A DNA stretch of 64,000 bases from Octopus bimaculoides (Eukaryota). Positions within the stretch are counted from its first letter, which is position 1. Each line of letters opens with the position of its first letter. The stretch covers positions 7,532,835 to 7,596,834 of the forward strand of contig NC_068999.1 in the NCBI RefSeq assembly GCF_001194135.2. Reading direction: 5' to 3'. Below, piece by piece: positions 25,064-38,240 of this stretch. The position numbers and the translations under genes are program-made. Under the pieces are notes generated by a model. The model was not told the origin of the DNA. It saw nothing but the letters and a program-made list of their open reading frames with translations, and did no database searches.

Positions 25064-25260
25064 ATTGACCATTGACTGAACACTATTCAATTTTTTTTCT
25101 CCGTGTTTTTCTCCTTGTCTCCGTATTCTTTCTGTTGAAGAGCGTAACTCGAAACGTCAAAGACTTTCCGTATTCCCGAGCGTCATACTAATATATACTT
25201 TTGTTATTTACACCACCTGTCCTCGTCTGTTGTTATTATTTGTATATTCTCCCATATATA
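25064..25260 (+). mobile_element. Young ~195-bp hammerhead-bearing repeat (copy 1 of inverted pair)
   Basis: TCTTT-CTGTTGA-A-GAGCGTAACTC-GAAAC-GTC-AAAGA at 25127-25163; about 4 differences from the reverse complement of 27244-27441. Confidence 0.75.
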
Positions 25261-25941
25261 TATATATATACATGTATATATATATATATAGACATGTGAT
25301 GGGCTTCCTCACACTTTCCGTCGACCAAATTCACCCCAAAGGCACAAGTCGCCGCGAGGCTAGAAAAAACAGTTGACCATAGTGCCACGTATTGGGAGCG
25401 AACCGAAAACCACGCAGCTGCAAAGCGTGCTTCTTCACTACAGCCTGCGTGCGATTATGCATAAAGGACATTTCTCTCACTTTGCATTTATATATAGATT
25501 ACAGCTCAACACGTAATTTAATTGCACATATGTTCCTACAAACCCACTAACAGCGACCGAAAATACGGACACCAACACAATTATATTCTCCCTCTCTTTT
25601 TCCCTAGATGTGATTAGCTCGTTGCTTTCGTTCAATCGATATCTATTGTGTTAGTACTCGTCATCGCCTTCAACTTTGGCACAGTTCTGGGGAAACCTGA
25701 TATTATATCTGATGTTTAATTCAATTTTGTGTGCGAGTTTTTCTTCGTAAGCGAATGTCAAATTAGTATATGCCTTGATCGGAGAAATCGTGTATATAAA
25801 TTTTTCTTTGATCATGGGAATAATATAAAATGGCGAGCCACAAAGAGAAAAAAATATTTTATTATGGCCGTGTGAAAGATAAGGATTAAAAAAGTATACG
25901 ATCATGTAATGAAACATATACATACATCCATCTATGCATCG

Positions 25942-26325
25942 TTTTATTCTTTTACTTGTTTCAGTCATTTGACTGCAGCCATGCTGGAGCACGGCCTTTA
26001 GTAGAACAAATCGACCCCAGGACTTATTGTTTGCAAGCCTAGTACTTATTCTATCGGGGTCCTTTGTCGAACCGCTAGGTTACGTGCATGGAAACACACC
26101 AACATCGGTTGTCAAGCGATGGTGGGGGGAGAAATACAGACACAAATACATACATACATACACACACACACATACATATATATACGACGGGCTTCTTCTA
26201 GTTTCCGTCTACAAAAAATCCGTTCACAAGGCATTGGTCGGCCCAAGGCTGTAGTTGAGACGCTTCCTCAAGGTTCCATGCGGTCGGACTGAACCCGGAA
26301 CCATGTGGTTGGGAAGTAAGCTTCT
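25942..26325 (-). mobile_element. tRNA-headed SINE family B, near full length
   Basis: Shared motifs with 6636-7046 and 33895-34080; internal (CA/TA)n; head ...ggttccgggttcagtcc on the minus strand. Confidence 0.85.
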
Positions 26326-27243
26326 TTATTTCATAAATTGGCTCTGGAAGCCTTACATAGGAGGGAGAAACAAGGATAGACAAACATAGATGACGAAGAA
26401 GTTGGTTATTTTGAATGAAAAAAGTTGCGAATGATAAATTATAAATGTCATGCTGTTAAAAATTATATCTTTTTTTTTTCTTTTAAAAGTTTCAATATAA
26501 ATTTGATGATCAACGCGAATTTTGCAATGTGTGACTGAAGGAAAGGCACCCAACCGCCAGGTTCGAACCTTTACTTTTCCTTCTGGCCCCCACTTACCTG
26601 GTTCCAGTCACTCGCAACTTGTTCACTACTTGGCTTCTATCATTAGGGTGTACTTATGATTTAAAACGCCTTCCACCTTTCTATACTACGGTACAAAAAG
26701 TCACATCTATGTACGTGTGCTTGCTTGTGCGTGTGTGTAAACTCTCATTTTTAAGATGAGGATATCTGTAATAGGATGAGTTTATGCATCTAGATTGCAA
26801 AAGTTGCAGTATATTTATGTATAGCGTAATAGCTATACTCTTCATTGAGTACAGATATTATACTCTTCATAATATCTATACGCTTCATTGTGTAGCTCTT
26901 ATTTAAAGTGGCTTATGCAGAATTGATATATTACAAGCGTTAATTCTTGAATAATTAAAGTAACATAAATTCTGCAAGGGATAGCTAAATGAAATGCATC
27001 ATTACACCACAGAATTCAACGGAATTCATCTATTTTCGGTACAGTTTCCAACCAAAATTCGTCTCGACCTAACGTGAGGACATCCATCTTTTCCGTTTAT
27101 CATTTATTCTCAAGTTTAAAAAAATGAAAGCATATAGCCTAATATTAAGGAATTATATTCAAACAATCGATTGATAGGTGTGAGGCAAACTTTTCAAACA
27201 AACAGCCAGCCATGCCAACATTTACATATGCAAAGTATATATA

Positions 27244-27441
27244 TATATATGGGAGAATATACAAATAATAACAACAGACGAGGACAGGTGGTGTAAATAA
27301 CAAAAGTATATATTAGTTTGACGCTCGGGAATACGGAAAGTCTTTGACGTTTCGAGCTACGCTCTTCAACAGAAAGAATACGGAGACAAGGAGAAAAACA
27401 CGGAGAAAAAAAAATTGAATAGTGTTCAGTCAACGGTCAAT
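27244..27441 (-). mobile_element. Young ~195-bp hammerhead-bearing repeat (copy 2 of inverted pair)
   Basis: Minus strand TCTTT-CTGTTGA-A-GAGCGTAGCTC-GAAAC-GTC-AAAGA (27341-27377). Confidence 0.75.
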
Positions 27442-27623
27442 CTGAATATATATATTGATAAACATTGCGACTGTGGTTGACTTTCACGTGGTAAAAATGT
27501 CGAGATAGTTGGTACATAAATTAGTTGTAAGATTGTTACATAATTTCATTATAACATTGTAGTGTGGTTTAATCATTTAATTAATGATAGTAATCAATAG
27601 CTTCTCTTTCCAATCGGGAATAC

Positions 27624-27808
27624 CTCTTTAATGAGAACGTATCTGATTCGATACCAAGAATATTCCACTTGTGTACCCTCTTCTTGGTTCAACATGATAT
27701 TACTTGTGAAAATTAAAATACTGTAATAAATCTCCACCGCTATCGAGTTTCGCAAACACGAATGCTTATAATACTTGTGGGGAAAATCAAACATACACTC
27801 GAAAGAAA
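27624..27808 (-). CDS. Candidate internal exon (phase 1 to 0), hydrophobic
   Basis: Acceptor ctgtaacattcttacAG, donor GAG/GTATTC; open frame SFECMFDFPHKYYKHSCLRNSIAVEIYYSILIFTSNIMLNQEEGTQVEYSWYRIRYVLIKE; phase matches the 31805-31953 exon. Confidence 0.45.
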
Positions 27809-28439
27809 CTGTAAGAATGTTACAGAAATACTTTCATTATTGGAAATAAATATGACTGTTTTGGAAAACCGTTAGAATGACAGATGAAATTCCTTGGGGT
27901 ATTGCTTACTATTTCTCTTATTATGGATTGGTACAATTTCATCGATTTAAATGGATAAAAGGAAGCGAAGTTGACCTCAACAGGATTTTATCTTGAACTA
28001 CCGAAGCTCGAAAGCGATATCTTGGGGCATCCTATCCATCACTTTAATGATTTTACCAATACATCGTTGTATTTGTGTTCTGGAAATCGTAATATCAAAT
28101 ATATATTTTAAGCATTCGAATACCAGCTACTGTAATACAACGACACACACTTCACTCTTTCTGTCGCTTGTTCCTCAAATAGAAATAATACATACGTATA
28201 TACATACATATATGCATACATAAAAACATATATATATATATATATGCATGCTTACATACATACATACATACATACATACAAAACGCAAATTCTTAATTCA
28301 TAACGATATTTGGGACTATACAAATCTGCAAGACCTTAGCTTTAAAGGACATTGGTTAAAAGAAGATGGTTTCATTCACAAACTTGCTACCAAGTAAGTG
28401 ACCGGTCAAAGTTTGCTCTAAATTAAAAAGAGAACATTT

Positions 28440-28493
<54 letters not shown>

Positions 28494-28545
28494 NNNNNNN
28501 NNNNNNNNNNNNNNNNNNNNNNNNNNNNNNNNNNNNNNNNNNNNN

Positions 28546-28578
<33 letters not shown>

Positions 28579-28679
28579 AAGACCTAGATGGCCTGAGTGA
28601 TTTCCATATAGTGAGTGTTCGTGTGTGTGTCTCCCATGTTAAACGCTTTGTCGTCAAAGAAAGAAAAAAAATGAGAACA

Positions 28680-30060
28680 GTTTTTCGGATATTGAGTTAA
28701 GTGGATCCGATAAAGATCGTGACCCAATGAATTGATGAATGCGGCAGTAGTAAAAGACAAGAAGATTACTGCACCAATTGCTAATATACTAGATATTTGA
28801 AAAGTATTTGAAGACGAGTGTGTATCATGAATTTTTCAGCGCACAATACGAAGTATTTGTGAAGGCTATTTGTGAATGTATACGTCCGCAGCAATTTATA
28901 TACTTTACTACATGAATGTGGAAAGAAAATAGCTTAGAGCAGTAGAATGAAAGGTAATAATAAATTGAAAGAAAATATCAAGTCTACTTGTGGTAGTATT
29001 TCTCAAAATATCTGCTCAGTAATCAGTATTTCCAGTTCCGACAGCTGAGGCAACACAAAAGAGTAACATTTTGAAATATGGCCGTTGCAATGGAAGAACT
29101 GCAGCGGCAAAAAGTAAAAGAAATTTTTATGTATTTGAAATGTGGAAGCTTGATAAAGGACACTGAAAGGAGTTATGACTGATATGATACAATCGAACTA
29201 TAGCAGCCTGCGTATGGGTTTTGTTGTTATGTGAAAGAAATATTCAATATATATCATGAAGAACGAAGAAAAAAGTTAGTGATTGATGGAGAGGAAAATT
29301 CATTTTCTGAGCTGGATTCGAAAACATTATTCCTTCAAAATACAGAGAGCTTTCCTAGAGTGAATAATGGAAATGGGAGATACTTCATTCAAGAATATAA
29401 ATAAAGCCTTGAAATCACCAGATCAGAAAGCGAACGGTGTAGTTGATTATACACTGCTTATTATGTATTATTTATCTGGGATGTTAGTGTCTCACAATTT
29501 TGATATGCGGTGATTAAATGCTACAGTCGGTTGTCGTTTTGCTATACAATTATATCTTCCAACTGCATTACAATTCTTTTTAAGCACATATAAGAGGAAC
29601 ATTCATATAGTGTTACTGATAAAAATGTCGTGTTTTATTTTTCATCAGGGTTTTCCATTCACTTCATGTAATGCATGCATGTTGCCAACTGAACATACGG
29701 AATCCACAACACACATGATTTTCAACCACTTCATCATACAATTTTAAATGGTTGTGCAAAGGAAATTAATCTTCACATCTGCGCACAAAACCAGTGTTAA
29801 ATTTTAAAGAAAAGCCACTAATAGAATATTGGAACCGCAAAGGGAATATCAGGTACACATAATAATGGATTAGAAAAGGAAATTTGAAGCAACGTATTAC
29901 AGAGATAAAAGAGGCGACTTAGTTTTATGGCAAGATAGTTTCATGTTATGAAAGAGTTTATGCAGAATACACAAAGATGGAAAAAACAATGGTAGAAACT
30001 AAATTAATTCGGTTATAATAGCGTTGTATTCTGTCGGTCAATCATGTATCAACTGGTGAG
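28680..30060 (+). mobile_element. Possible highly decayed DNA-transposase (hAT-like) relic
   Basis: Purine-rich, coding-like composition broken by many stops; only weak peptide resemblance (KITAPIANILD, VYLW.YFSK, EYTKM). Confidence 0.2.
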
Positions 30061-30164
30061 ACACACATAAATAGAAAGAGATTTCGTGGTGTTCTGAAGC
30101 TTTCTGCGTAACATTTCCCAAACACTGCTTAAATACATGTATGTGCACGCGTGAATATTCATTT

Positions 30165-30785
30165 GCAAATGGTTTCAGATTTCGAGGGAAGGGGTAGGTT
30201 AAGTGGATTACATTAAATCCAAGTGCTTTGCTGGTTCTTATTTTATCGATCCCGAAAAGAAGAGAGGCAAAGTACAGACGGAAGAAATATCGTTTTCTAC
30301 TCTAGGCACAAGGCCTGAAATTTCGTTGGAGGGGGCTAGTTGATTAGATCGACCCCAGTACTGGTACTGGCAACTGATACTTAATTTATCAATCCCGAAA
30401 TGATGAAAGGCGAAGTCGACCTCCGCGGAATTTGAACTCAGAACGTAAAGACAGACGAAATACCACCAGGCATATCGCCCGGCGTGCTCACGTTTCTACC
30501 AGCTCGCTGACTTCATGCGGAAGAAATGTCGTAAAGCACTTTGAACGGCGCGGTAACTATTGTACCAACGCGTCACCTTGCGTATTTGTATAATTCTTGT
30601 CTATTATAGACACAAGGCCTGGATTTTTTTTTTGGTCTTTATTTGGTGGTAGTAGAGGATTATATCGACTTCATTGCTTGACTGGAACTTATTTTATCGA
30701 CCCCGAAAGAATGATAGGTAAAGTTAACCCCCGCGGTATTTGAACTCAGAACGTAAAGACGGAAGCAATGCCACAAAACATTTGG
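30165..30785 (-). mobile_element. Nested cluster of SINE family A copies
   Basis: A younger copy at 30294-30512 lies inside an older copy, flanked by cggaagaaat(a/g)tcgt at 30279-30293 and 30518-30532; a third diverged copy at ~30597-30785. Confidence 0.8.
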
Positions 30786-31113
30786 AATGGTAAATTAAGA
30801 AATGTTCCAGCTTGACGCCTTGTGGATTTGTATAATTAAAAAATGACTTAAGAAATTCCAATCTTGTGTCGAGAAATTTACAATTTGCAAAATTAGTTTA
30901 GCTATTTCTATTATCTAGTTTATGATTTATTCCTGTTTTATTTAATTATTTTATGTTGGCATTTTAATTCTCTTTGTAAGCTTGAAAGTGAGGTATTTCT
31001 CTCCGTTGCTGGGGGTGTCATTAAACCACGAAACATGATCAGAATAATCTCTTTCATTTTCGTATCTATCTTTATTTTTTCTTCGGGCCAAGCTTTATAT
31101 ATATATGTATGTA

Positions 31114-31490
31114 TCGTGGCACTCCGTCGCTGACGACGACGAAGGTTCCAGTTGATCCGATCAACGGAACAGCCTGCTCGTGAAATTAACGTGCAAATGG
31201 CTGAGCACTTCACAGACACGTGTACTCTTAACGTAGTATTCGGGGAGAATCAGCGTGACACAGAGTGTGACAAGGCTGGCCCTTTGAAAATACATGTGCA
31301 ACAGAAACAAAAATAGGGAGTAAACGTTGTGGTGAAAGAATACAGCAGGGTTCGCCACCACCCACTGCCAGTGTTTCGTGGAGATTTAGGTATTTTCGCT
31401 CAATAAGCACTCACAACGATCCGTCTGGGAATCGAAACAGTGATTCTAGGACCGCGTGTCCGCTGCCCTAACCACTAAGCCATTGCGCCC
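31114..31490 (-). mobile_element. Full-length tRNA-headed SINE family C
   Basis: Minus-strand head GGCGCAATGGCTTAGTGGTTAGGGCAGCGG...TTCGATTCCC (A/B-box-like), body shared with 5190-5275, tail shared with 11700-11885 and 22605-22760. Confidence 0.85.
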
Positions 31491-31804
31491 CCCCACACAC
31501 ACACACAATATATAAACTCAAAGACGTGATAAACAAGGGAGGTAATTAAAATGAGAGAAGGCCGTAGGTGTAGAATATTCAATAAAAGTGTATTTTGCAA
31601 AATGTACAAAATATTCTTCTAAGGAAAAGAGGACTAAGAAATTTGAATCAAGAATTACGCATGCCCCGCTTGAGGTACGCTTCAGTTACATAATATTTTC
31701 TGCCTACACCATAGGAGAATTGCATTCAGCTAATTGTACTGCATTCCTTATATCAGTCTTGTATATTTGGCAAAGAGAAAATCATCATAGCGTATGAAAC
31801 GTAC

Positions 31805-31953
31805 CAAAGTATATTACATATGCTATGTAAACTATGGAAGTTGCCAGCGTAGATCTTTCCGCTAGGATAAAACCGTTATGTGTTTGAAGTTCTGGAATTA
31901 TGATATTTCCAAAGTCTTCCGTCTTCTCGTGAATATGGCTGTGTAGAGCATTT
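31805..31953 (-). CDS. Candidate internal exon (phase 2 to 1) ending in a transmembrane-like segment
   Basis: Acceptor tattattcatctttgtAG, donor TTG/GTACGT; frame NALHSHIHEKTEDFGNIIIPELQTHNGFILAERSTLATSIVYIAYVIYF. Confidence 0.5.
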
Positions 31954-32039
31954 CTACAAAGATGAATAATATTATGAAATACTCTAGTGTCCATGTTCAT
32001 TGCGGTTTTTATGATATTCTATATGACTAGTATAATAAT

Positions 32040-32253
32040 TCTTTCTACCATAGGCACAAGGCCTGAAACTTTTGTGGAGGAGGATAATGGATTATATTGA
32101 CCGCCGTGTTCGATTGGTACTTATTTAATCAAACCCAAAAGGACGAAAGGCAAGAGCAACCTCAGTGGAATATGAATTCAGAACGTAAAGACGGATGAAA
32201 TACCGCTAAGCATTTTATCCGGCGTGCAGGCGATTCCGGCAACTCACCGCCTT
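32040..32253 (-). mobile_element. SINE family A, diverged copy
   Basis: ggcacaaggcctgaaa...gaaaggcaag...tcagaacgtaaagac...ccggcgtg...ccgcc. Confidence 0.75.
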
Positions 32254-33369
32254 ATATGGCTTGTATAATAATACCCCCTTATAAGTGGAATCCTTTTTTT
32301 CGTTGCTAATCTTATGATATAAGAATGTGTTATTTGATATCTTCATTCGCCTTTTGTATCAGCGTAAGATGGTGACTTAAGGAAACCTGCTAAGATTAGA
32401 CGATTTCAAAATCTTTATTTTAATGTCTTAAAATAGCAAAAATCATTGTTCTTTTCAGAATGCAACCTCACATTTTGGTTTGCATTTTCGAAAGTTTCAT
32501 TGCATTATTTTCAAATGTCTTGTCACACAAAAATCACTAGAACTCTCTCATTACTGATTGGATAAATAAAATTAATTTTCTTCAAATAATATTGTAAATC
32601 TTGCCTACATATTTCTCATTAGCTTCGCGAGCTCATTTACAGAAAATTAATGAGCTCTACTCCAAATTCAATATCGCTATAACATGACAACTATACTACA
32701 TAAAACGATGTCTTCAAAGTCATGCTAATGAACTTAAATAATTCAAAATCGTAATTACATTACAATATTGTACTAATCCCAGTATTGCAATATTCCCTTA
32801 CTTTTGTTTCCATCGATATCAAAGATAGCGCAAAGAAATATACGAGAAAAAACATTAGTAAACACGAAAGAAAATTTCCTTTACAAATCATGATACATCT
32901 ATTGAAGAGGTAATAAATGAAAAAAAACGCTACATTTCAACCACCTCCCAAGAATTATCACTCAAAATGATACGCACTATTTTATTGAACATAGTGTTAT
33001 ATACATATATACATAAATATGTACACATATACATATATATCCATCAATCCATGCATCCATCCATATATACATATATATATATATATGCTTAGTGTTCTTT
33101 CCTAGGGATATATTATCCAAGCGTACCCTAGTTTAGCACTCTATCCATTAACGGCACTGGAAATTTTAATGTGCATATGTACTAGTGTTTATCATTGGTT
33201 CTTCTTCAGTATTAGTACCTTACAATTCTGAAATTCCAGTTGTCTATATACAGATTTCCTTCGTTTTCGGTATATGACGAAAAGTTTTAAAATTCAAAGA
33301 AAACGGAGAATACAGTCATAGAGTAATCAATATATTATCATAGTCCAGTAAAATTAATAAGTTCATTCA

Positions 33370-33720
33370 TATTGTCTACACTGCGTTTCGGCTGATTGTT
33401 GTCATTCATATTTACTCATTTAGTAAATCTAAATAAGTAAATATGGCAAATTTTCTCGACGCAAAGTTCACATCTTTTATTCCCAATGCTATAAGATTTT
33501 GCTCGGCTAAACTTTGCGTCGACAAAATTTACCAGATTCTTATATAAACATGCAATAATATCACCAAAATTCCAATATCTGAGCTACCTCATCCCAAAAC
33601 TTGGAGATGTAATCTAGAGTATGCGATAGAATCCATGACTTTCTGGAAAGGGCAAGAACCCTATGCTATATCATAATAGGGTTGGCCTAAATAACTGCAT
33701 CTATATTCCCAAAATATCTT
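33370..33720 (-). mobile_element. Penelope-like endonuclease-region / 3' end relic
   Basis: Minus-strand RAKSYSIGNKRCELCVEKICHI resembles the PLE GIY-YIG C-terminal RAxxY...KxCxLC..EK motif; followed by a decayed ...cagccgaaacg hammerhead remnant. Confidence 0.45.
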
Positions 33721-33894
33721 ATATCTCGCCAAATTTTAAGCAGATCTCATCGACGGAATAAAAAAAATGACTTAGAAACTATAAAAACACATTCATATAC
33801 AAAATCGCATGCAAGCAGTAAATGTTTACGTGAGTCTGGTAACATAATTATTTTAGAGATGACATGCGAGATAAAAACAAAGCAAGACAAAAGC

Positions 33895-34080
33895 AACACC
33901 ATCGCTTGACAACCGATGCTGGTGTATTTACGTCACCGTAACTTAGCGGTTCGGCAAAAGGGACCGATAGAATAAGTACTAGGCTTACAAAGAATAAGTC
34001 CTGATTTCAATTTTTCGACTAAAGTCGGTGCTCCAGCATGGTCGCAGTTATATGACTGGAACAATTAAAAGAATAAAAGA
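33895..34080 (+). mobile_element. SINE family B 3' half
   Basis: Reverse-complement match to 25942-26120 (catcgcttgacaaccgatg...cgatagaataagtactaggctt...gtgctccagcatgg). Confidence 0.8.
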
Positions 34081-35753
34081 ATTACTGAGTCAAATATAAT
34101 GCGTATTTATAATGCTCAATCAGTCATGCATTTTTTTTTGTAGCTTTGAGATTTTAATGATGTGTTTGTCTATTTTAATAATGGCATTTTAGAACAGGTG
34201 TGAGAGGCGGTATCTGTCTAGTTTGAATATAAAACACGTAGAGTATTTCGCCCGTGAATACCCAATATAAATGCTAATGGGTTAAGAAATTCGAACACAA
34301 AATGAAATTAGAATTCAACCGAAACATATTAAACATGACGTTTCATTTAACCTAAACACTTCGAAAAATTATGCATTCAGAAAACCTACGAAGTCCTGTG
34401 ATGAAACAGCTTGAATAAGATTAACAGATAAATCTTAGATTAATATGCAAATTAAAAACACGTATCAATGAAGAAGTAGGAGAATAACGACAAACAATTC
34501 CAATGATAGACAAACCAACAAACCCTTATATAAGACATAATATGCACCGTCTAATATGTCATAAAAGCCGACTTGTCACAGTTCTCGCCTCGACAGCGCA
34601 GTAGCGTGAAACTTGAGTCACGAATTCAGAAATTCGGCTTAATTAAATCATGTGATGTTTTGAAATTAAATGTAAATATTTAAACAAAAAAGAAAACTTC
34701 ATTTAAATGAGGATGAAAAAGCTGTAACATTTTACATAAGCGCCCAGCTCTGAGAGAATATTTCCTGATAACATAAGCAACTGTATGATGATGATGCAAA
34801 TAGTTACATAATTTCTATTCTTTGCCATTTATTAAATGTTATAATGTCCTTGATGTGATAAAGTATAAATGTATCGAGTTTTAACAAATATTTATTAGTA
34901 TCGCTATACCTGAGCGGAATCATTATATATATGCATGTATGTATATATATGTATGTATGCATGTATGTATATATATATATATATATGCATGTATGTATAT
35001 GTATTTATAATATCAATGTATGTGTATGTATGCATTTATATGTATGTATATGTATATATGTATATATACAGAGACACATCCTCATATATATCTATATATG
35101 TGTGTATACATGAGCGTGTGTTTTTTCGTGTAATTGTGTCTGTCTCTAGATATGTGTATCCGTGCGCATAANNNNNNNNNNNNNNNNNNNNNNNNNNNNN
35201 NNNNNNNNNNNNNNNNNNNNNNNNNNNNNNNNNNNNNNNNNNNNNNNNNNNNNNNNNNNNNNNNNNNNNNNNNNNNNNNNNNNNNNNNNNNNNNNNNNNN
35301 NNNNNNNNNNNNNNNNNNNNNNNNNNNNNNNNNNNNNNNNNNNNNNNNNNNNNNNNNNNNNNNNNNNNNNNNNNNNNNNNNNNNNNNNNNNNNNNNNNNN
35401 NNNNNNNNNNNNNNNNNNNNNNNNNNNNNNNNNNNNNNNNNNNNNNNNNNNNNNNNNNNNNNNNNNNNNNNNNNNNNNNNNNNNNNNNNNNNNNNNNNNN
35501 NNNNNNNNNNNNNNNNNNNNNNNNNNNNNNNNNNNNNNNNNNNNNNNNNNNNNNNNNNNNNNNNNNNNNNNNNNNNNNNNNNNNNNNNNNNNNNNNNNNN
35601 NATATCATATATGTATACATATATACTTATATGTATTTATATATATATAAATATATATATATTTATATATATACATATTTATATATACATATATACATAT
35701 ATACATATATATATATATACATACATTCATACATACATACATACATACATACA

Positions 35754-35784
<31 letters not shown>

Positions 35785-36445
35785 TAAATACTCTGAATAT
35801 GTAAGCGAGCTGCGACGTCGCTTAACTTATATCCATCCACACTCGTAGAAATATAAGTAGAATTCACAGCTTTCTTTTATACCCACGTATAGTGTGTCAG
35901 TTGCCAGTTGTTATGTTATGTTCACCACGTGGGATCCTTATTTAGGTCCGTCACATAAAAGACACACGGTACTTGTGTGAGACATACAAGATACATAGAG
36001 ATCCAGCGAGATGCAGAGAGTGAGAGAGATAGAGTGAGTGTGCGAGTGAGAGAAAGAAAGAGAGAGATTGAGAAAGATATACAGAGAAGTAGGAAGAGTA
36101 GATGAGTCGGGGAGAGAGAGAATGTGTGGAGCTGTGGTTGATCATGTGTGTCCAAACTATATTCGTTTCATTGCACATAGAATCAAACTGTAAAGAACAG
36201 CAAAGGACCCACAATCTCTCGAATGCATAATTTAGATTTTTGTTGCTATATTTTAAAATTCAAATGATATTATTTCGCTTTAAATTTAAAATTTAAAAAT
36301 ATAATCAATATTTTGTAAACACCATTTTACATCTAAGTGTGTTTAATTTTAATGTGAGACGGCCATTAACTCTCTGTTATATTTTCTTCAATTTATTCAT
36401 GCTATATTCCTTGGCTGCCACATAGCTAAATCATCATCATCATCA

Positions 36446-36489
<44 letters not shown>

Positions 36490-37281
36490 ATATTTTTTTC
36501 TGAAATAGATTAACGAAGTCAAATTTTAAGTAGATATAAACCAAGATTTATTGGCAATAATTTCACGAAAAATATATGTAACGGTGCAGTATAAAAGCAA
36601 GTGAAGACTTATTATAAATAAAACTTTATAGATTGAGAGAGATTTGATTGATAATAAAAGTTCCTTAACATAATAGCTATTAAACTGGATCAAAANNNNN
36701 NNNNNNNNNNNNNNNNNNNNNNNNNNNNNNNNNNNNNNNNNNNNNNNNNNNNNNNNNNNNNNNNNNNNNNNNNNNNNNNNNNNNNNNNNNNNNNNNNNNN
36801 NNNNNNNNNNNNNNNNNNNNNNNNNNNNNNNNNNNNNNNNNNNNNNNNNNNNNNNNNNNNNNNNNNNNNNNNNNNNNNNNNNNNNNNNNNNNNNNNNNNN
36901 NNNNNNNNNNNNNNNNNNNNNNNNNNNNNNNNNNNNNNNNNNNNNNNNNNNNNNNNNNNNNNNNNNNNNNNNNNNNNNNNNNNNNNNNNNNNNNNNNNNN
37001 NNNNNNNNNNNNNNNNNNNNNNNNNNNNNNNNNNNNNNNNNNNNNNNNNNNNNNNNNNNNNNNNNNNNNNNNNNNNNNNNNNNNNNNNNNNNNNNNNNNN
37101 NNNNNNNNNNNNNNNNNNNNNNNNNNNNNNNNNNNNNNNNNNNNNNNNNNNNNNNNNNNNNNNNNNNNNNNNNNNNNNNNNNNNNNNNNNNNNNNNNNNN
37201 NNNNNNNNNNNNNNNNNNNNNNNNNNNNNNNNNNNNNNNNNNNNNNNNNNNNNNNNNNNNNNNNNNNNNNNNNNNNNNNNN

Positions 37282-37313
<32 letters not shown>

Positions 37314-38051
37314 TATATACATACATAAATATACTCGTGCGTGTGTAGGCATTTATATATATGTATATATATATGTGTGTATAATGTGTAATATATGTGT
37401 GTGTGTGTATGTATCTATGTGTGTATCTATGTATATATCAATGTATGCATGTAAACACGAATACGTATGAATGTCTGTATATGCGTGCCTGACTTTTGTG
37501 AAACCTTTAATTTTGTATGAAAGAGTTAGGAAATTCTGAGTCTTTATTTCTAATTCTTCATGTCGTCCTTCACTGCCCCTAAGAGATAAATCAATTTACT
37601 ACGTTAACAACATTTTCTTTCATTTATTTTACTTGCGTCTTTGCTGATGATATCGATGTAACACTAAGCTATTACCTTTAATTTTCAAAGCTTACGAGTT
37701 TGTGTTCCAACAGAAGTAGCAAATAATTAGACATTTAAAGGGAGATAAAAACAGCTGATTAGCCTTCTCTGTTGCATATAGGATAATTTATTTATCTAAA
37801 CATTTTACATATCAAAAAGCTATTATTTCGTAAGTTAATCCTCGATATTTAAAAGCTGCTATTTTATTCGTCATACTACATATTTAAATGCTATTTCACC
37901 GGTCACTCTATTTATGTTAAATACCACAACTGACATCTAACTGTGTAAATATCTCAACAACAGCTTCAAAATTCGCTTCAAAATTTCTAAATGTCTTTGC
38001 CGATGCCAATAACAAATTTGCCATGATTGTCAAAAAAAAAAAAAAATCTGC

Positions 38052-38240
38052 AGGCGCTGGAGTGGCTGTGTGGTAAGGCCCCGAAATGTTGGGGGAGGGA
38101 GCCAGCCGATTAGATCGACCCCAGTACGTAACTAATACTTAATTTATCGACCCCGAATGGATGAAAGGCAAAGTAAACCTCGGCGGAATTTGAGGTCAGA
38201 ACGTAACGGCAGACGAAATCCCGTTAAGCATTTCTCTCGC
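38052..38240. mobile_element. SINE B head (+) joined directly to a SINE A copy (-)
   Basis: ggcgctggagtggctgtgtggtaag followed immediately by gccccgaaatgttggggg...gaaaggcaaag...ccgttaagcatt. Confidence 0.7.
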
